From positions 1 through 59,917 of IMG/VR virus record IMGVR_UViG_3300005613_004609: a stretch of 59,917 nt of DNA. The stretch is one strand, 5' to 3'. Source of the DNA: a virus (Duplodnaviria; Caudoviricetes). Below, piece after piece: positions 19,903-30,267 of this stretch (its first letter is position 1; every line of letters starts with the position of its first letter). A program made the position numbers and the translations under genes. The notes beneath the pieces were generated by a model. It was given only the letters and a program-made list of their open reading frames with translations. It was not told where the DNA came from and did no database searches.

Positions 19903-20805
19903 TCAACCGTCAGTTGCATTACCACCGGCCTCCAGGCAGAGTTTCCTAACAGGACAAAATTTCGATTCATAGTTTGAGAAGTTACTCTTGAAACAACTGT
20001 TTTTCACCTTCGGAAGAGGTCCTCCTTCTATTCCAGTTTTATACTCCAGAAGCTTTCCTTTAACAACAGCCATAGTAGCAGGATTCCTTTTCACAGCGAA
20101 CATTTTGTATGGTAATTTTCCCTTACCAGCCTGCTTCTTTGAGATATATAACACATACCCAAGTTTAGAATCAACTTTTACCGGTAGCTTTCTATCATAT
20201 TGAAGGACAAGCAGATAGGACAAAACTTGCCACTCATGTTGAGCCAGAGGAGAACGTAAAGTGTCAAATTGAGCACCCGCCATGGACTTAATTTCAACAA
20301 CTCTTATTATGCCAGGAGCCACCTCTAAGAACATATCAGGGTGTCCTTGAATATAAAAAGGCTTTGTTATTTTACCAAAGAACTCATGATAAAGAGATGC
20401 TTCAGGATTAGCTCCACACTTAGGGCACTTTGTAGTGGGAGGTGCACCAAATTGTCGAATAGCTCCACAGGCCAGACACCTCCAGTATCCTCTACGTCTC
20501 TTCCCAAGAACGTCATTTGAATTCTGCACCCAAGTATGCATAGCCCTGCCGATACCATAGGTTACAAGATCACCGTTACTTAGAAAGTCTTTCTTCCTGA
20601 TTTTATTCTGAACGCCAAGAACCAGTTGCCGCATACAGGCATTATGTAAACCTGAAGCTCTCGGAGGACTTATAAACTGCGTCTCTGTTTGTGGCGCAAT
20701 GTTCAACCTCTCTACAGCCAGGAGGGAGGGATCATTACTTTTTTCGCCATCAGAGAGTTTATACGAAGGGCTTTGTATCCGAACAATTCTACTAACAAAT
20801 GACAT
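19903..20805 (-). CDS. Cas4-like PD-(D/E)XK exonuclease with Zn-ribbon insert
   Basis: RASGL..CMR, GHPD, VEIKS, QVLSY, C-terminal Cys cluster. Confidence 0.75.
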   Translation of the reverse strand: MSFVSRIVRIQSPSYKLSDGEKSNDPSLLAVERLNIAPQTETQFISPPRASGLHNACMRQLVLGVQNKIRKKDFLSNGDLVTYGIGRAMHTWVQNSNDVLGKRRRGYWRCLACGAIRQFGAPPTTKCPKCGANPEASLYHEFFGKITKPFYIQGHPDMFLEVAPGIIRVVEIKSMAGAQFDTLRSPLAQHEWQVLSYLLVLQYDRKLPVKVDSKLGYVLYISKKQAGKGKLPYKMFAVKRNPATMAVVKGKLLEYKTGIEGGPLPKVKNSCFKSNFSNYESKFCPVRKLCLEAGGNATDG

Positions 20806-21295
20806 TATGCTCCTTTCCTCTATAAAAGTCTGATTTGATATTCCAGGGAATCACCAACAGAGGGACCTCCGGAAAATCATCACGAAATCTACGCATCTTC
20901 TTTTTTCCACCAACACCCCATTTGCCTTTAACCTCTATCAAGCAATGATCCAGTATGTAAAAGTCAGGCACATAATGAGCTAAGCCATCTCGCAACTGGA
21001 AACCAATCTCTTCGTACCTTACTCGAAAGCCAAAGTTGTATAATTCTTCAGCAACCAAAAGCTCATATCTTGACCGGAAGTACATTTTCATTTTTTGAGA
21101 ATATTCCTCATTGCCTCTGTCTCTACTAAGGTATTCCACATTTTGCAGTGCAGCCTTCGGCATCTTAGCATGTAGCACCCATTCAATAACACATTCCTTA
21201 GAGCAAACGAAATCACCGGAGTTGTCCAGATATCCCCATTGCTTGCTTGGGATTGTTTGCAAGCGATTGCATACAGAACAAAGTTTAGTAGGCAT
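20792..21295 (-). CDS. PD-(D/E)XK endonuclease with N-terminal Zn finger
   Basis: FRSRYE, YVPDF, IEVKG. Confidence 0.75.
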   Translation of the reverse strand: MPTKLCSVCNRLQTIPSKQWGYLDNSGDFVCSKECVIEWVLHAKMPKAALQNVEYLSRDRGNEEYSQKMKMYFRSRYELLVAEELYNFGFRVRYEEIGFQLRDGLAHYVPDFYILDHCLIEVKGKWGVGGKKKMRRFRDDFPEVPLLVIPWNIKSDFYRGKEHNVIC

Positions 21296-21296
21296 C

Positions 21297-23300
21297 TCAC
21301 TTCTCCATTCTTTTTTTCACATTCCGTATAATTTCTCGTTGTGCTCTAAGATACTGTATAGGATTCATCTTCCAATAAGTCTGTATCGCATCCAGGGTCC
21401 GCGCTTTGACATCAAAAAGGCGCCATTTACCTTTCTCTTTAAATACCACCCCATATTCCTTAGCATAGTTCATCACAGTATTGTAGTCATCAACCATTCC
21501 CTTTCTAAGGCCCAATTCAGGCATATTTTCACGTATTCTTACAAATTCACCAACACCGGCCAGAGTGAACACTTTCTCTTTACGAATAGCAAAAGAATGC
21601 CGTTGAGCCATATTAACCTTCCTCTGAGAATCGACATACTTCTTCTTATCAGAATCACCGGACATGGATTTTCTTACACATCTAAACAGTAACGAAAACT
21701 CATGTTTCATTCCAAAACCACCGGGCATAATCTCAGGGTCTCCAAATTGGACTCCAACCTTATGACGCATTTGATTAGTAAAGACAATTGCACAGGGGTG
21801 TCCTCTCTTCATTTCCCTAATAGCTCTCTGCTTTAATCTTCTCACAGCCCGAGTTATGAGTTTCGCCTGGTTTCCAATAAACTGATCCTCTGAGGGAGCC
21901 TCAAACTCAGACGAAGGCACAAGATTAGCCAAGGAGTCCACTACCAACAGGCCACAGTCATCAGCACGTAAAGCTGCTTCAGCCAAGTTGATATATTGCT
22001 CCCCATAGTCTGCAAGGCCAAGATAGTATTTATCAGGATCAGCCCCTACTGCTTGCGCCCATCCCTTATTAAAAGTGTTTTCCGTGTCAGCCCAAAATGC
22101 TCGCATCTCTAAGGACGGTTCTGAACAGGTGCAAAATTCCAGTAAGTTAAAACACCTCCAGCATATTCTCTGAGACATACTTAAAGCGGACATAGCAGCA
22201 GTCGTCTTACCTCCACTATTATGAACTACAATGCCATTTGCTATAAAATTATTATTTGGATATTTACATACAATGTCATAAGATTCTCTTTCTCCTACAT
22301 CTTCTATAGAAATAATCTCATCCGGCACAACCATAAATCTAAAATCATTATGCCTCTCAAGTGCATGCATTCTACCATGAGCTATAGAATCTAACACCTC
22401 CAAGTTTCCAGGTGCATTATTAGTAGGATCTCCATCTTTATGATGAACTTGTAAATCTCTTGGAAGGAATCGTAACCTTTCTATTAAAGCAGTATCGCCA
22501 GTATTCAACAATTTAATATACTCCTTATAACTCATAGAATTAAAGACTGCCTCTACTGTTGCACGACTTACACGGCCACGATAATAAACATATTTACCAA
22601 CTTTCTTTTTCTTCCAAAAAGGATGATATTTTACCATAACTGTGGGTCTCTTCTTTTCTAACTCCCTTCCACAATATCTTGTATTATTATGTATATATAC
22701 TCTCTCCCCAGGTCTGATATCCTCCAATCTCCTGAATCCCCTTAGTTCAGTAAGATATCGATGGTCTTTTGATGATATAACACTATACCCTTTTTTTGTA
22801 GTAACTTTAAAAGATACTTTAAGCCCAACATAAAGCACATCCAATACAAGATTCTGTAATACACCTAACTCTGAATTTATTGCTGCAACTGTATAATCAG
22901 AAGTAAGAGTTTCTTTCCTAACATAATGACCTTTACCCTTTCCAGACAAATTATGAAAATTTTCATATAATCGCTTTACAGTAGTCTTCTTATTTGATTG
23001 CCTTCTACCTGTTAGTTTTGACCATGTTGAGCAAGAAATCTCACTATCTCCAGCTAAACAGTCCGGGCCCCAAAAACAGACAGACTGCCACAGTGGAAGA
23101 CCTCCACCGGAGGCATAGTCAACTGCAAAGATTCCAGTTGGTATCCTCAGAGGGTCCTCTGCCCACATAGAGCCTTTTGAAACACTTCGAACACCATATT
23201 GCTGATTTTTCATCTCAAGCAAGGTGTCAAGAGTGTTCGGTTTAGCCAGAGCTTCAGCAGTGGACTCTGCATCCTTCGCCTTGACTTTCTTAGCCTTCAT
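21297..23300 (-). CDS. recA: RecA-family recombinase with intein
   Basis: IPTGIFAVD..GGGLP, GPD/SGGKTT, VVDSLA, FTNQMR, GDPE.MPGG. Confidence 0.9.
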   Translation of the reverse strand: MKAKKVKAKDAESTAEALAKPNTLDTLLEMKNQQYGVRSVSKGSMWAEDPLRIPTGIFAVDYASGGGLPLWQSVCFWGPDCLAGDSEISCSTWSKLTGRRQSNKKTTVKRLYENFHNLSGKGKGHYVRKETLTSDYTVAAINSELGVLQNLVLDVLYVGLKVSFKVTTKKGYSVISSKDHRYLTELRGFRRLEDIRPGERVYIHNNTRYCGRELEKKRPTVMVKYHPFWKKKKVGKYVYYRGRVSRATVEAVFNSMSYKEYIKLLNTGDTALIERLRFLPRDLQVHHKDGDPTNNAPGNLEVLDSIAHGRMHALERHNDFRFMVVPDEIISIEDVGERESYDIVCKYPNNNFIANGIVVHNSGGKTTAAMSALSMSQRICWRCFNLLEFCTCSEPSLEMRAFWADTENTFNKGWAQAVGADPDKYYLGLADYGEQYINLAEAALRADDCGLLVVDSLANLVPSSEFEAPSEDQFIGNQAKLITRAVRRLKQRAIREMKRGHPCAIVFTNQMRHKVGVQFGDPEIMPGGFGMKHEFSLLFRCVRKSMSGDSDKKKYVDSQRKVNMAQRHSFAIRKEKVFTLAGVGEFVRIRENMPELGLRKGMVDDYNTVMNYAKEYGVVFKEKGKWRLFDVKARTLDAIQTYWKMNPIQYLRAQREIIRNVKKRMEK
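22218..23060 (-). mobile_element. intein with HNH endonuclease in the RecA Walker A (281 aa)
   Basis: Starts CLAGD, ends VVHN before S(+1); HHKDGDPTNN motif. Confidence 0.9.
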
Positions 23301-23628
23301 CTACTATCTCCTTCTCAATCTTTTTAGATTCTTTGTCAACCAAGGCCTCAACCAGATCACGTACCATTTTATATGTTGGCGCAATTTCCTCAACATAGCA
23401 GGGGCAAGCAATCATAACATCCGCTCTCGCACTTGCATATCCAGCCAGAGGAATAGTAACACCAAATTTCACACTCACCGTAGCAGTAGAGGTGACAAAT
23501 GGTCTTATTTTAATTTTCTTTGCTTCAGAAGTTGTCTGTTTCAGTACAGTCCTTGAAACAACAATGGTCGCCTCTGAGGCTTTCAGGTTTTCCATAGGTG
23601 CTTTTTTAGCCATCACTTCTCCTCCCAT
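23290..23628 (-). CDS. hypothetical protein
   Basis: ORF in the gene string; probable start MAKK. Confidence 0.65.
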   Translation of the reverse strand: MGGEVMAKKAPMENLKASEATIVVSRTVLKQTTSEAKKIKIRPFVTSTATVSVKFGVTIPLAGYASARADVMIACPCYVEEIAPTYKMVRDLVEALVDKESKKIEKEIVDEG

Positions 23629-24041
23629 CCGTTTAGAATAAATTGTTTAACATCATTAAGCATTACCAACTCTCCACGATCAAACATCCCAAAGGCCTTC
23701 CTCAAGAGCATAGCTTGTTTTGGTGAGTATAATCTCCATCCTCTTTGATCGAACACAGTACAGGGAGGAATAACTTTGCTCGCATGATACCCACGAATAG
23801 TTTGTGTCTTCCTTCCAAGCATCTTAGAAAGTCTACCAATAGTAATAAAGTGCACGCCAGAATCATCACGTACAGACAACCGGTCATAAGGCACCCTGTC
23901 TTTAGTTCTATTCCTATAATGGTCTCTTGCCCTTTTTTTGACAGATTCCCTAAAGATTTTATCCTGTCTGTATTTAGCCTTTCTTTTTTTGGAAAGTGCT
24001 TTTCTATTTGTTTTATACCAGTCGTTAAAAGTCCAGGTCAT
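23613..24041 (-). CDS. MerR-like HTH DNA-binding protein
   Basis: TIGRLSKMLGRKTQTIRGY...GWRLYS. Confidence 0.75.
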   Translation of the reverse strand: MTWTFNDWYKTNRKALSKKRKAKYRQDKIFRESVKKRARDHYRNRTKDRVPYDRLSVRDDSGVHFITIGRLSKMLGRKTQTIRGYHASKVIPPCTVFDQRGWRLYSPKQAMLLRKAFGMFDRGELVMLNDVKQFILNGWEEK

Positions 24042-24050
24042 AGTAACCTC

Positions 24051-25433
24051 CTATATTATCTTCCTAATCTTAAGTCCCTCTCGTATATATTGACGTTCCC
24101 GAGCAATCGCCCAGTTTTTACTATCTTTATAAAATTCATCCACAATATCAACCAGGATAGGCGCCTTTTTACCAAGAAGGAATCTTTCAACCCTTCCTTT
24201 CGATTGGATTATATCAGTGTGAGGAGTGGCATATATTAACCCTGATAAACTTGGAATATCTGTACCAAGAGCCATCATTTGATAAGTCCCAAGAATCACA
24301 CTACAGTCGCTTGCAACACGTTCTCTCTCAGATGCAGAGATGTTTCTATACTTCTGTTTTTTACCAGAGGTCTCAATAGGAATACGTCTCACGAATAAAC
24401 CAACCTCCGAGACAAGATTAAAATGGTAAATGAGAATCTTCTTAATATCCAAAAGTTGTTGAGTCCTGTCAGACATTACAACACAACGCCTGCCAGATTT
24501 ACTCATAAGATGTATATACCTTGCTATTATCTTATTCCTCGCAATATTCTGTGATATTCTTGAAAGTAGCATGCCTCTTCGGTTTAAAGCAGAGCTTTTC
24601 GAGTGCACATATCCAGAGGAGCCCTGAAAGTGGTGCATAATTACTATTGGCTTTAATCTACCCTGAACAGAGGTTTTTAGTAAGCACTCTCCAACATGTT
24701 TCTCGAATACTTTACTCAACCCATCCTTTCTTTTCAGAGTAGCAGACAGGCCAAGACGATATTTTGCAGAGAACATACTAACAACCGCTGCAAAAGTCCT
24801 TGGAGGGACCGAACGGTCAACCTCGTCATATATAACACACCCAAAATTACGTTTAAAGTCAATCCCACATCTATCCAGTGTCACAGAATGAACAAGGCCC
24901 ACAACAATCTTCTTTGCAATCCAGGAAGCCTTCCCGCCAGATACAACTCCTATCTCTCTGGACTTTATATTCGTATACTGTAAGATTCTCTCTTTCCACT
25001 GAGAAACCAAGTTCGACCTTGGAACTATAACAAGAGTTTTCACGTTCAAAAGTGCCATTATTTTCAAAGCAATGACTGTTTTTCCACTACCTGGTGGCAA
25101 GCCAAGAAGGAATCCAGTGTAACCTTTCTGCAAGCGATTGCAGAAATCATCAATCACAACCTCTTGCTGTTTCCACATTTTACCATTAAACACCAAGCCT
25201 ATAGCTTCCCCAGTAACCCTTCGATCAAAAACATTATCAGTGTTAGTAGGGGAAAGAGAATACCTTGGATAACCAAACCACCCGTTCTTTGATATGTCAT
25301 ACAAGGCCAGAACGAGATCTTTATCGTAAGAAGATTTGGCTACCAAGGCTCTCTTCTCAGCCGCCAGATTTTTCACTTCATTAAGTTCAACATAAGTATA
25401 ATTCGAAAGGACTATTTTACTAAAATCAGGCAC
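24051..25433 (-). CDS. superfamily 2 helicase
   Basis: PPGSGKT, YDEVD, GLSAT, GTDIP, QSKGRVER. Confidence 0.9.
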   Translation of the reverse strand: MPDFSKIVLSNYTYVELNEVKNLAAEKRALVAKSSYDKDLVLALYDISKNGWFGYPRYSLSPTNTDNVFDRRVTGEAIGLVFNGKMWKQQEVVIDDFCNRLQKGYTGFLLGLPPGSGKTVIALKIMALLNVKTLVIVPRSNLVSQWKERILQYTNIKSREIGVVSGGKASWIAKKIVVGLVHSVTLDRCGIDFKRNFGCVIYDEVDRSVPPRTFAAVVSMFSAKYRLGLSATLKRKDGLSKVFEKHVGECLLKTSVQGRLKPIVIMHHFQGSSGYVHSKSSALNRRGMLLSRISQNIARNKIIARYIHLMSKSGRRCVVMSDRTQQLLDIKKILIYHFNLVSEVGLFVRRIPIETSGKKQKYRNISASERERVASDCSVILGTYQMMALGTDIPSLSGLIYATPHTDIIQSKGRVERFLLGKKAPILVDIVDEFYKDSKNWAIARERQYIREGLKIRKII

Positions 25434-26233
25434 TATATCAAGTCCTCTATAGATGCAACGTCATCCTCAAAAAGATCATCGTCATCGTCCGGTTGGTCTC
25501 CACCATTGTCCAGGACATCATCGTCAGGCTCATCTCCTACATTGTCATCCTCAGCACTCGAACCAATAGGATCAGCTTGGCCAATTATCTTACGCAGTTC
25601 CTCAGCACTTTTAGGGGCAAGTAGAGTTGGATAGTCAAAGGGCTTCAACCATTCCTTCTTCTTTTCAACAGAATCACCCTGAGCAAATTTCAACAGGGTT
25701 TTTGCATCAAGTCGTTTTACAAATTCAAAGTCTTCTCCCACAGAGGATTCCGTTTGACCAGTACCTCTTGACATTTCAAAGACACATCCCTTCAGATTGC
25801 CCTCACGTCTCTCAATCTGTTTCAACAACCGCTGCCTTGCACGCCCTTTTGCCACAAATAATTGTTTCTGATTTGTATGAGTCTTCCCATCCTTATCAGT
25901 GAATTTTTTGTGGCTTATAACAGTTCCAGCAAGAACATAACTTGCTCGACTTTGTTGGTCATCCTCACAAAGAGGGCAAGTGTCGAAGTCCTGAAGGCAA
26001 GTAAAGAAATTAAAATACTTTCCGCCAAGTTTCAAATTATGCTCATAGTAAAAGAAGCTCGGGGTGTCAAGAAAAGTCACCATTGCAGAACTGTCAGATT
26101 CCAGCCAGAATCGCATGATCTCACTACCCCCCTGTTCTCTCTTCTTCTTATTCTCGGCATCAATTTTTTTTGCTTTTGTAGCACCGGTTTTACCAGTTTG
26201 ATACCAACTTGCCTTTGTCACTTTTTTTGCCAT
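25433..26233 (-). CDS. single-stranded DNA-binding protein (gp32-like)
   Basis: H..C..CPLC Zn motif, highly acidic C-terminal tail, replication context. Confidence 0.7.
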   Translation of the reverse strand: MAKKVTKASWYQTGKTGATKAKKIDAENKKKREQGGSEIMRFWLESDSSAMVTFLDTPSFFYYEHNLKLGGKYFNFFTCLQDFDTCPLCEDDQQSRASYVLAGTVISHKKFTDKDGKTHTNQKQLFVAKGRARQRLLKQIERREGNLKGCVFEMSRGTGQTESSVGEDFEFVKRLDAKTLLKFAQGDSVEKKKEWLKPFDYPTLLAPKSAEELRKIIGQADPIGSSAEDDNVGDEPDDDVLDNGGDQPDDDDDLFEDDVASIEDLI

Positions 26234-26268
26234 AATACTCCTCCTGTTAGATTATTAATTTTTATTAT

Positions 26269-26297
26269 ATCGTACAATAAATCACAATTTTTGTCAA
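26269..26297 (-). promoter_or_regulatory. sigma70-type promoter TTGACA-17-TACGAT
   Basis: Consensus -35 with 17-nt spacing. Confidence 0.7.
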
Positions 26298-28279
26298 GAT
26301 AAACTCTTTTTACGGCTTAAAACTTTTCCAAGCTCATCGCTATTTTTTAAGGCGCCTCCATCATTCCTTCCCACAGAATTCCAGTCAAGTTCATAAATAG
26401 GAACCTTTCCCCGTAGTCTATCATATATTCTCTTATGTGCTTGCTCTCCCGCCTTATCCGCATCATATCCAAGAAAGACAGCACTACTCCTCAAAGGAAT
26501 CGCAGTAATCTGTTCATCAGTAACAGAGGAGGTAGCCGAAGCAATCGTATTATAGAATCCCAGGGACATAATACGCATAGCATCCAGCTCTCCCTCGGTC
26601 AGTAGTAAAGGCATTTCCCAGTCAGCAAAACCCATCCCGAACCATACCCCAACATCCTTAAGCTTTGGAAATTCTACATCATAGAAGCCAGTGGTATCAC
26701 TTGAGGCTGTCCAAATATTTTTCTTCTTCCGTGACCGTAATCTCAAAACGAATATGTTTCCAGTAGTATCAGTCAGGGGAAACACAGCAGCGCAATCATC
26801 TCGTGAGAATCTCACTCTGCACATATTATAAATCAGAGGGAGTATACCACGCTCTTTCACCAACCACTCCGCTATTTTCTTATCCTCATAAAATTTCTGT
26901 TTTACAAGAAGTTCAGGGTAAAGATTCATTACCTTGATCGGCAAGGGTCTGATAATTTTTCTCTCTTCTACCCAGGGCTCTATGAAAGTTGTTTTCCTCT
27001 TTTTATTCAGAGCATGTATTTCCTCATGTAGAAATATCTTAGCTGCCTGCTCTGGATATCGACCAGAAGCTACCCACAGAGTATGAAGGAGTCTACCCAG
27101 TCTCTTACCTATAGGACTACAACCAAAACAATTTCCTGTTAAAATAAAGTCATCTAAGGTAAAAGAGTGTGTTTCAGGCACCTCACAACAATATACCTCC
27201 TCTACTTTATCCATTTTTTTTACTGAGACTATCTTCCATCGTAATCTATAATACCTTGCTTGTGCTTTTTCATCAAAAATCATTCTATGTTTTGGATTCA
27301 ATAATAAATCTGCTGGAAAATCCTTTCTCGCAAAATTTATTCTAAAAATAGAAGAAGGCTCTGTCTGTCCTATCCCAACTCTTAATTGTCTTCCTACTTC
27401 AAAAGTTACTATTCCCAAACGTGTAGCCAAATCTCTTACTTTTTCCAAATTCTCTTCTTTACATGAAGTTAAGTTAACAAGTCCATCTGAATCTACACAA
27501 CCATCAGCTGCTAAATAACCAGCTAAGAATGACGCCAAATAATTAGAATCATATAGAGCGATGTTAGGAAAGTCAGTCTTCCAAGAAGTTTCAAAACCTC
27601 TAAAAGTAACACGCTCAAACCCTTCTGTTTTATAATAATACTCCGCACATCCACAATTCTCAAAATAGGGCCTCATAAAAACTATCTTCTTATCATACAA
27701 ATCTGCTTGCGCTACCCGTACATTGGACCGTCCACTAATTGTACCATCCCCAAAGATAAACCCTCTTCTTATTGCATCTATATTCATAGTATCAAAAGTA
27801 AAAGGGGCAGGCACACAAGATAAGAAACGCTCCCCTGGCTCCAAACTACTTGTAATTTTTTCTAAAACTGTTGAAGAACTTCTTTTTGTAACAAACCACC
27901 TATGTTGAGCCACAGACTCTATAACCTTCTTTTTACCATTCCTCTCTAATAAAATTTCATAAAGTCTCTGTTTTCCGTAAGAATAAAAAGGCGCTTCAAC
28001 CCACAAACCACCGGTAGTTAAAATTGTATAGACTCCACCTACCATATCCCCTATTTTCATCCTGCCATTTATTGTAAGTACGACAGTATTCTTTCCCAAA
28101 CAGTAATAAACAGATTCACTCTCTGGAGATATAGAGACTCCAAAACTGGGCCTTGTATCTATCCCGCCTCCGTGAGTATAAGGAGCAAGAGGACAAGTTG
28201 CTTTTACCCACTCTCCTTTTGTTTCTATATTCTCACAATCCAGGGAGAACAGAAATTTCTTTATGGAACGTTCCCTCAT
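26294..28279 (-). CDS. DNA primase (Zn ribbon + TOPRIM) with intein
   Basis: CPLAPYTH...YY/CFGC, LTEGELDA, GYDADKAG. Confidence 0.85.
   Translation of the reverse strand: MRERSIKKFLFSLDCENIETKGEWVKATCPLAPYTHGGGIDTRPSFGVSISPESESVYYCLGKNTVVLTINGRMKIGDMVGGVYTILTTGGLWVEAPFYSYGKQRLYEILLERNGKKKVIESVAQHRWFVTKRSSSTVLEKITSSLEPGERFLSCVPAPFTFDTMNIDAIRRGFIFGDGTISGRSNVRVAQADLYDKKIVFMRPYFENCGCAEYYYKTEGFERVTFRGFETSWKTDFPNIALYDSNYLASFLAGYLAADGCVDSDGLVNLTSCKEENLEKVRDLATRLGIVTFEVGRQLRVGIGQTEPSSIFRINFARKDFPADLLLNPKHRMIFDEKAQARYYRLRWKIVSVKKMDKVEEVYCCEVPETHSFTLDDFILTGNCFGCSPIGKRLGRLLHTLWVASGRYPEQAAKIFLHEEIHALNKKRKTTFIEPWVEERKIIRPLPIKVMNLYPELLVKQKFYEDKKIAEWLVKERGILPLIYNMCRVRFSRDDCAAVFPLTDTTGNIFVLRLRSRKKKNIWTASSDTTGFYDVEFPKLKDVGVWFGMGFADWEMPLLLTEGELDAMRIMSLGFYNTIASATSSVTDEQITAIPLRSSAVFLGYDADKAGEQAHKRIYDRLRGKVPIYELDWNSVGRNDGGALKNSDELGKVLSRKKSLS
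27131..28102 (-). mobile_element. intein with LAGLIDADG endonuclease in the primase Zn ribbon (324 aa)
   Basis: Starts CLGKN, ends TGN before C(+1); GFIFGDG and LAGYLAADG motifs. Confidence 0.9.
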
Positions 28280-28470
28280 CTCACTCCTCCTTTATCAAAT
28301 GCATCATTCACAATAACAGCCACTTCATCGTCAGTCACCTCTATATTCTCTATATCACAGATCATTTTCAGAAGGGTAGAGTACTCATCCTTAGATACAC
28401 CACATTTAATAGCAACATCAACCACCTGAGTAGCTACCTCACGTACCTTTCTTACAGAACATTCTCTCAT
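28276..28470 (-). CDS. hypothetical protein
   Basis: Coupled small ORF. Confidence 0.55.
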   Translation of the reverse strand: MRECSVRKVREVATQVVDVAIKCGVSKDEYSTLLKMICDIENIEVTDDEVAVIVNDAFDKGGVR

Positions 28471-28471
28471 T

Positions 28472-28765
28472 TCATTTTTTCCTTTCTAAAAATCGTATCA
28501 TCCTTAATGCTAAGGTGCCTTTTTTGTTTTTGTTCCGATCAGCCAAATTAACCTTTAACTCAGTGCACTCAACCTGCAAAGAAGTTTCAGAGCCAAGGCA
28601 CACACTCTCTCTAAATTTAGTTCTACTACCACGTAGCGATCTATAGAAATCAATATATTCTTCTGAGTGTTCTATCACTGCATTAGAGGAGAATACCCTC
28701 ATAGTTGAGCCATCCTCAAAGTCAAAATATAATCTCGCATCACCCAGTATATAAGTTTCATTCAT
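28472..28765 (-). CDS. hypothetical protein
   Basis: GAGGG SD before ATG 28765. Confidence 0.55.
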   Translation of the reverse strand: MNETYILGDARLYFDFEDGSTMRVFSSNAVIEHSEEYIDFYRSLRGSRTKFRESVCLGSETSLQVECTELKVNLADRNKNKKGTLALRMIRFLERKK

Positions 28766-28796
28766 TTTTCCCTCTCTCTGCAATCGCTTGCAAACC

Positions 28797-29042
28797 TTAT
28801 AATCCTAACAACGGCATCATCCTTTTACCTGTACTAACTTTGGTAACTTCTATGTTATCCAATTTAGCAGTAAGTTCAGGACTACCACTACCATCTTGCG
28901 CAAAGTCAACATTCATCACATTAAAGTGAACATGTGTTGCGTCTGTTTTTAAAACTGAGCCATCCTTACTCACTATTGTAAGTTTGGCATTGCCAAGATT
29001 ATAATAATCACTCCACTTCTTCATCTCCGGCATCTCCGTCAT
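28797..29042 (-). CDS. hypothetical protein
   Basis: GGAGGT SD. Confidence 0.55.
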   Translation of the reverse strand: MTEMPEMKKWSDYYNLGNAKLTIVSKDGSVLKTDATHVHFNVMNVDFAQDGSGSPELTAKLDNIEVTKVSTGKRMMPLLGL

Positions 29043-30267
29043 ATATATCCACCTCCCTTATACCTATATTTGTTGTCAAACTAAAATCCAGATCAATCAA
29101 CATATTTTCACCCTCTCTCCCCTTAATAACTTCTAAATGTTTAGTCCTGTTTGAACAGTCAGACATAGCCCTACCTCTTGAATCAATTTTCGTAGAACAA
29201 GCTAAACTCAACACAATACTTGCGAGTTGGCCCACAACATCAGAACCACCAATATGCGCTAAACTACCAGCTCCCTTTCTGTTAAACTGGTATGTACCCA
29301 CAACAGGAATAGAAAGAGACATAGCCAAATCTTTCATACCCTCTGCAGTGGAAGCAATTCTTTCCCATCTTGCACCGGTCCGTTCTCTCGTCTTTAATAG
29401 ATAGGCACCATCAACATATAAAATGTCAGGTCGAACCTCTTGTACCTTCATGAGGAGGTCCTCAAATGTTGTGTTCAGAGTTCCCTCATAAATGTAAAAG
29501 TCTGCATCATTCAATTCTCGCGCAGTCTGTTTCAGTTTATTTTCAGCCCACCAACTTAAGCGTCCTTTTCGTATCCCGTGCACAGGGATGTTACCATGCA
29601 GCCCATATAGTCGTGCCATACATTGCTCCGCTGGCATTTCCAAAGTCTCCACCATTACTCTATATCCAGCATTGACACCATTCAATGCAGCGTTTAATAG
29701 TAGGTAACTCTTTCCGGAAGAAGGTCTCCCAATTATTGCCACAGTATCCCCTGGCTGTGCACCTGAACTTATATTGTCCAAAGTGGGAATACCAAAAGGA
29801 ACGCCAAAAATATCCTTTCCTGAACGTTGTATTGCTCTATATCTGTCCATCACGGGTTTATAAAGAGAACGCAAAAGATACAACTTTTCCCTTTGCCCAG
29901 TAGAGGTTAAGTCAACATACAACTGTCTGATTTTCTCCGTGGCTTCCTTAAGCTTGCCGTCTGCTATATCACTGCCGGTTTCTTCCACAGCCTTTTGTGC
30001 CAGGGATAACTGGTGTCTCTTTTTTACGTGATCAATCCAGTATTTTAAGGGCTCATCCGTAAAGTCAGGGAATTTAAAACCAAGCTCCTCTTCAACAGTC
30101 CGGATCTTCGGCAACTGATTATAATCAACAAAATATTCAGATATAAAGTCAAAGGCCTTTCTCTCATTCCTAACAAAGAAAGTACAATCCAGTCCTTGTT
30201 CAGTCAGAATAGACATTGCTCTATTTTCTTCTATCAACTTTTTTAATACCCCAAGTCCAGCAGACAT
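29008..30267 (-). CDS. dnaB: DnaB-like replicative helicase
   Basis: GRPSSGKS, TLEM, YVDGAYL, QFNR, KGREG. Confidence 0.9.
   Translation of the reverse strand: MSAGLGVLKKLIEENRAMSILTEQGLDCTFFVRNERKAFDFISEYFVDYNQLPKIRTVEEELGFKFPDFTDEPLKYWIDHVKKRHQLSLAQKAVEETGSDIADGKLKEATEKIRQLYVDLTSTGQREKLYLLRSLYKPVMDRYRAIQRSGKDIFGVPFGIPTLDNISSGAQPGDTVAIIGRPSSGKSYLLLNAALNGVNAGYRVMVETLEMPAEQCMARLYGLHGNIPVHGIRKGRLSWWAENKLKQTARELNDADFYIYEGTLNTTFEDLLMKVQEVRPDILYVDGAYLLKTRERTGARWERIASTAEGMKDLAMSLSIPVVGTYQFNRKGAGSLAHIGGSDVVGQLASIVLSLACSTKIDSRGRAMSDCSNRTKHLEVIKGREGENMLIDLDFSLTTNIGIREVDIYDGDAGDEEVE

Noticed and set aside
19903-20805. Cas4-like gene as part of a CRISPR-Cas system
   Set aside because: No repeat-spacer array or other cas genes; it sits in a recombination block.
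13241-24315. Weaker matches to the 14-bp palindrome (CAAGCGATTG at 13243; TACAGTCGCTTGCA at 24302)
   Set aside because: Two to four mismatches in the conserved arms; could be chance, so not counted.
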